Origin: a virus
Lineage: Duplodnaviria; Heunggongvirae; Uroviricota; Caudoviricetes
Length of the DNA stretch: 8,071 nt
Reading direction: 5' to 3' (one strand)
IMG/VR virus record: IMGVR_UViG_2778261570_000006
The notes below the pieces were generated by a model. It was not told the DNA's origin. It worked only from the letters and a program-made list of their open reading frames with translations, and ran no database searches. Positions within the stretch are counted from its first letter, which is position 1. Each line of letters starts with the position of its first letter. The translations under genes and the position numbers were made by a program. Shown here piece after piece: positions 5,542 through 8,071 of this stretch.

Positions 5542-6678
5542 ATGGTTAAGGCTAAAAACATGCCAAATCCCATGCCAAATCCCATGCCAAAAACTAAGGC
5601 AAACAACGAGCCTTATCGCAAGGTAAAAATAACGATATGGGATGATCCCAAATTTAGGGCGTTATCTCCTCTGCCTCCAAGTGGACAGAGTTTGTTTATT
5701 TATCTGCTGACCAGTCCATTTACCGGGATTATTCCTGGGTTGTTTAAAGCCGGGCGGGCAGCAATGGCTGAAGAGTTGGGGTGGGATATCGAAGCCTTTG
5801 ACTTAGCCTTAGGCGAAGCCATGAATCTTGGCATGGTGAAAGCAGATATCAAAGCCAGAGTTTTTTGGCTCCCGAATGCTGCGAAACACAATCCGCCAAA
5901 CTCGATAAATGTCATTAAATCCTGGGCAAAGGCATTCGCTTTAATTCCTGATTGCCCTCTCAAATGGGAGGCCAGGGAATCGCTGAGAGCCGCGTCCTAC
6001 GGGGTTTCTGAGGCTTTGGGGATGGCATTCGATAAGGCAATCCCTTTGCCTGAGGATAAGCCTAAGGATAAGGCTAACGCTTTGTCATGCGGTATCCAGA
6101 TAACAGATAACAGATATATAAACCCCACACATAACGCGCGCGTGCGCGAGAGTGTTCCGGCCAGTGAGGCAAATGGCGTGCCGTTGCAGACAGCGGAACC
6201 TGATTACCTGGAAGGCCTGAGCGAACCCATCGGGAAATTTCCGATGACCGATGGCTGGCATCCGTCGCCGGATTTTCGACGACGGGCTGCGCTGTGGGGC
6301 GTGGCTCTTCCTGAGCCGGAATTTACACCAGCTGAACTTGCCGCCTTCCGGGACTACTGGACAGCGGAGGGGAAAGTTTTCACGCAGGTTCAGTGGGAGC
6401 AGAAATTCGCCCGTCACGTACATCACGTCAGGGCGCAGGTTAAACCAGTCAGCAAGGGGGGGAACCATGCAGCAACGCCAGGTGGCACCGCATCACGGGC
6501 AGTTCAGGAAATTCGGGCAGCACGTGAGCAGTGGGAACGTGAAAACGGATTTATCCTCGACGGAAACGGCGTGGAAGCTGTGGGAACTCATGGGGGAGGT
6601 TTATTCGAACCGCTGGACCCAGAAGAACGGGGCCGCACCTTCGAAGCTCTGGATTGCACAGATTGGTGCGATGACTGA
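5542..6678 (+). CDS. Phage replication initiator / replisome organiser with DnaT-like C-terminal domain (O / YdaU-position), about 378 aa
   Basis: Track ORF 5488..6678 begins at TTG. The first in-frame ATG with an SD is 5542 (GAGG at 5533-5536, 5-nt spacer). The C-terminal block [43 protein letters not shown] resembles DnaT-like domains as I recall them. The last 212 nt overlap the P-like frame. Confidence 0.6.
   Translation: MVKAKNMPNPMPNPMPKTKANNEPYRKVKITIWDDPKFRALSPLPPSGQSLFIYLLTSPFTGIIPGLFKAGRAAMAEELGWDIEAFDLALGEAMNLGMVKADIKARVFWLPNAAKHNPPNSINVIKSWAKAFALIPDCPLKWEARESLRAASYGVSEALGMAFDKAIPLPEDKPKDKANALSCGIQITDNRYINPTHNARVRESVPASEANGVPLQTAEPDYLEGLSEPIGKFPMTDGWHPSPDFRRRAALWGVALPEPEFTPAELAAFRDYWTAEGKVFTQVQWEQKFARHVHHVRAQVKPVSKGGNHAATPGGTASRAVQEIRAAREQWERENGFILDGNGVEAVGTHGGGLFEPLDPEERGRTFEALDCTDWCDD
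5560..5594 (+). repeat. In-frame 12-bp tandem repeat ATGCCAAATCCC, about 2.9 copies, encoding [11 protein letters not shown]
   Basis: Exact copies at 5560-5571 and 5572-5583, and a partial copy at 5584-5594. Each unit starts with an in-frame ATG. Confidence 0.85.
6031..6148. repeat. Iteron-like GATAA repeats, AT-rich tract and GC palindrome inside the initiator gene; candidate replication origin
   Basis: GATAAGGC at 6031-6038, GATAAGCCTAAG / GATAAGGCTAAC at 6055-6078, CAGATAA x2 plus CAGATAT at 6097-6117, ATATATAAA, then ACGCGCGCGTGCGCG at 6134-6148. This sits in the predicted linker between the N-terminal domain and the DnaT-like domain. Confidence 0.35.
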
Positions 6679-7132
6679 GCAGCAAATCCGACAGGTCTGC
6701 CGCCAGTGCATGGACCGCTGCCGGGCGGGTGAAACATGGCCTCCGGACCTGGCTGAGTTTGTTGCGCTGATTTCGGAGAGTGGGGCAAATCCATTTGGTC
6801 TGACGGTGGATAACGTGATGGAGGAGTACCGCCGCTGGCGCAACGAGTCCTGGCGATACGACGGGAGCGATAAATACCCGTGGTCTCAGCCCGTGCTGTA
6901 TCACATTTGCCTCGAGATGCGGGCAAAAGGGATTGAGCGTCAGATGACCGAAGGGGAGTTAAAACGACTTGCAGAACGGCAACTAGCGAAATGGGCAAAG
7001 CATGTTGGTGACGGCTTCAGCGTTCCGCCCGTCCGGCGGCAACTGGTAGCACCAAAACGCCCGTCGGGGCCAACTCCAATTGAGTTGCTGAAACAGGAAT
7101 ATGAACGCCGGAAAGCGGCTGGGTTTGTTTGA
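6467..7132 (+). CDS. Lambda P-like replication protein (helicase loader), about 221 aa
   Basis: In frame with track ORF 6251..7132. Start set at ATG 6467, preceded by AAGGGGGGG. The segments [21 protein letters not shown] and the C-terminal part resemble lambda P (ESYPWKS, TMEQV) as recalled. Frame-2 translation upstream of 6467 is Arg-rich junk. ATG 6590 and ATG 6671 are alternative starts. Confidence 0.6.
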   Translation: MQQRQVAPHHGQFRKFGQHVSSGNVKTDLSSTETAWKLWELMGEVYSNRWTQKNGAAPSKLWIAQIGAMTEQQIRQVCRQCMDRCRAGETWPPDLAEFVALISESGANPFGLTVDNVMEEYRRWRNESWRYDGSDKYPWSQPVLYHICLEMRAKGIERQMTEGELKRLAERQLAKWAKHVGDGFSVPPVRRQLVAPKRPSGPTPIELLKQEYERRKAAGFV

Positions 7133-7166
7133 GTTGAGAAGTAATTTTTACCGGGAGGAAATTTTA

Positions 7167-7910
7167 ATGGAGACCGTTTTTGACACACTGAAAGCGATGG
7201 GAAAAGCCACGTCGGTAGAACTGGCTGCGCGACTTGATATCAGTCGTGAAGAAGTGCTGTGCGAGCTGTGGGAACTGAAAAAAGCTGGTTTCGTGGATAA
7301 AAACGCCTACACCTGGCGTGTGGCTGATAACAACGTTCAGCAGGAACAGCCAGTGCAGGCTGAACTGCCGGAAGAAACCACCACGGCAACAGTCGCTAAA
7401 ATTTCGGAGAGCGATTTAACTGCGACGATTGAACAACGTGGACCACAAACGGCGGATGAACTGGCTACGCTGTTCGGTACCACATCCCGCAAAGTGGCGT
7501 CAACGCTGGCAATGGCAATCAGCAAAGGTCGTCTGATTCGTGTAAACCAGAACGGTAAATTTCGTTACTGCATACCGGGTGATAATTTACCAGCAGAGCC
7601 GAAAGCAGCATCGGTAGCGGAAACTGATGGTAAAGCCTTTCCTCAGCCAGCAGGTGTTGCGTTACCAGTACAGGAAGTTGCAACACAGGAAGATATTAAA
7701 ACAGAAACTGTGGCGGACATTGTGCAGCCGCTTGAGAAGCGAGTGGATAATCTGGTTCTGCCATCGCTGCGACAGGCAAACCGCGAACTGCGTCGGGCGA
7801 AAAATCATGTCCAGAAGTGGGAGCGAGTCTGCGCCGCGCTGCGGGAGCTGAATAAATATCGCGATATTGTCGCCCAGCTTTGCCAGGAGGCAACCAGTGA
7901 GCAAGATTGA
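7167..7910 (+). CDS. Two-winged-helix DNA-binding protein (DUF1627-like), about 247 aa
   Basis: In frame with track ORF 7101..7910. Start set at ATG 7167 with GGGAGG (7153-7158) 8 nt upstream. Two repeated blocks ([17 protein letters not shown] and [19 protein letters not shown]) look like winged-helix units. Confidence 0.6.
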   Translation: METVFDTLKAMGKATSVELAARLDISREEVLCELWELKKAGFVDKNAYTWRVADNNVQQEQPVQAELPEETTTATVAKISESDLTATIEQRGPQTADELATLFGTTSRKVASTLAMAISKGRLIRVNQNGKFRYCIPGDNLPAEPKAASVAETDGKAFPQPAGVALPVQEVATQEDIKTETVADIVQPLEKRVDNLVLPSLRQANRELRRAKNHVQKWERVCAALRELNKYRDIVAQLCQEATSEQD

Positions 7911-8071
7911 CTATCAGGCACTGCGTGAGGCAGCAGAAGCAATAAAAATAGCAGCCACACCACAAAAATTGCTGGCATTTCGTATGAAAGCCACACCTCA
8001 GGTTGTGCTGGCACTACTTGATGAACTGGAAGCCAAAGACAAGCGCATTGCAGAACTGGAGGCAAGGGAAG
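7897..8071 (+). CDS. Hypothetical coiled-coil protein, N-terminal fragment (partial, runs off the window end)
   Basis: GTG 7897 with AGGAGG (7885-7890) 6 nt upstream, overlapping the previous stop. Stop-free to 8071. Translation [58 protein letters not shown]. Confidence 0.45.
   Translation, partial: MSKIDYQALREAAEAIKIAATPQKLLAFRMKATPQVVLALLDELEAKDKRIAELEARE

Noticed and set aside
6251-6466. Upstream extension of the P-like frame (track start 6251)
   Set aside because: Translation upstream of ATG 6467 is Arg/Gly/Ser-rich junk with no SD, whereas ATG 6467 is preceded by a G-rich SD and gives a length close to lambda P.
7101-7166. Track start ATG 7101 for the winged-helix protein
   Set aside because: It overlaps the P-like 3' end and has no properly spaced SD. 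ATG 7167 has GGGAGG 8 nt upstream.
5700-7525. Minus ORFs 5700..5963, 6085..6468, 6551..6904, 6588..6998, 6601..6843, 6940..7188 and 7337..7525
   Set aside because: Antisense to the initiator, P-like and winged-helix genes in GC-richer DNA. Translations are Arg/Ser/Pro-rich with no start signals.
7627-8065. ORFs 7627..7851 (+), 7662..7904 (-), 7696..7965 (-) and 7805..8065 (-)
   Set aside because: Alternative-frame or antisense ORFs inside the winged-helix and coiled-coil genes; Cys/Trp/Arg-rich translations and no RBS.
1-8071. CRISPR arrays, insertion sequences, integrase or att sites
   Set aside because: No regularly spaced direct repeats with unique spacers, no terminal inverted repeats flanking a transposase-like ORF, and no integrase-like ORF in the window.

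Overview
This window reads as the early/immunity region of a Rac-like lambdoid prophage from an E. coli-type enterobacterial genome. All family assignments rest on reading the translations and on recalled family knowledge; no database search or alignment was run. Leftward (minus strand) lie a partial RecE-like exonuclease gene, then racC-position, YdaE-like and KilR-like small genes. Next come about 500 bp without a convincing gene, a rightward zinc-ribbon gene with its own promoter, a 99-aa gene in the first pL position, and an XRE-family repressor. Rightward (plus strand) lie Cro-like (YdaS-like) and YdaT-like genes, a roughly 650-bp insert holding two convergent 3'-overlapping ORFs, a replication initiator with a DnaT-like C-terminus, a lambda P-like gene, a two-winged-helix protein gene and a partial coiled-coil gene. 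The candidates most worth a second look are the convergent ORF pair after the ydaT-like gene, the G7 run at the initiator/P-like junction, and the promoter-equipped zinc-ribbon gene. I saw no tRNA, rRNA, CRISPR array, integrase or transposase.
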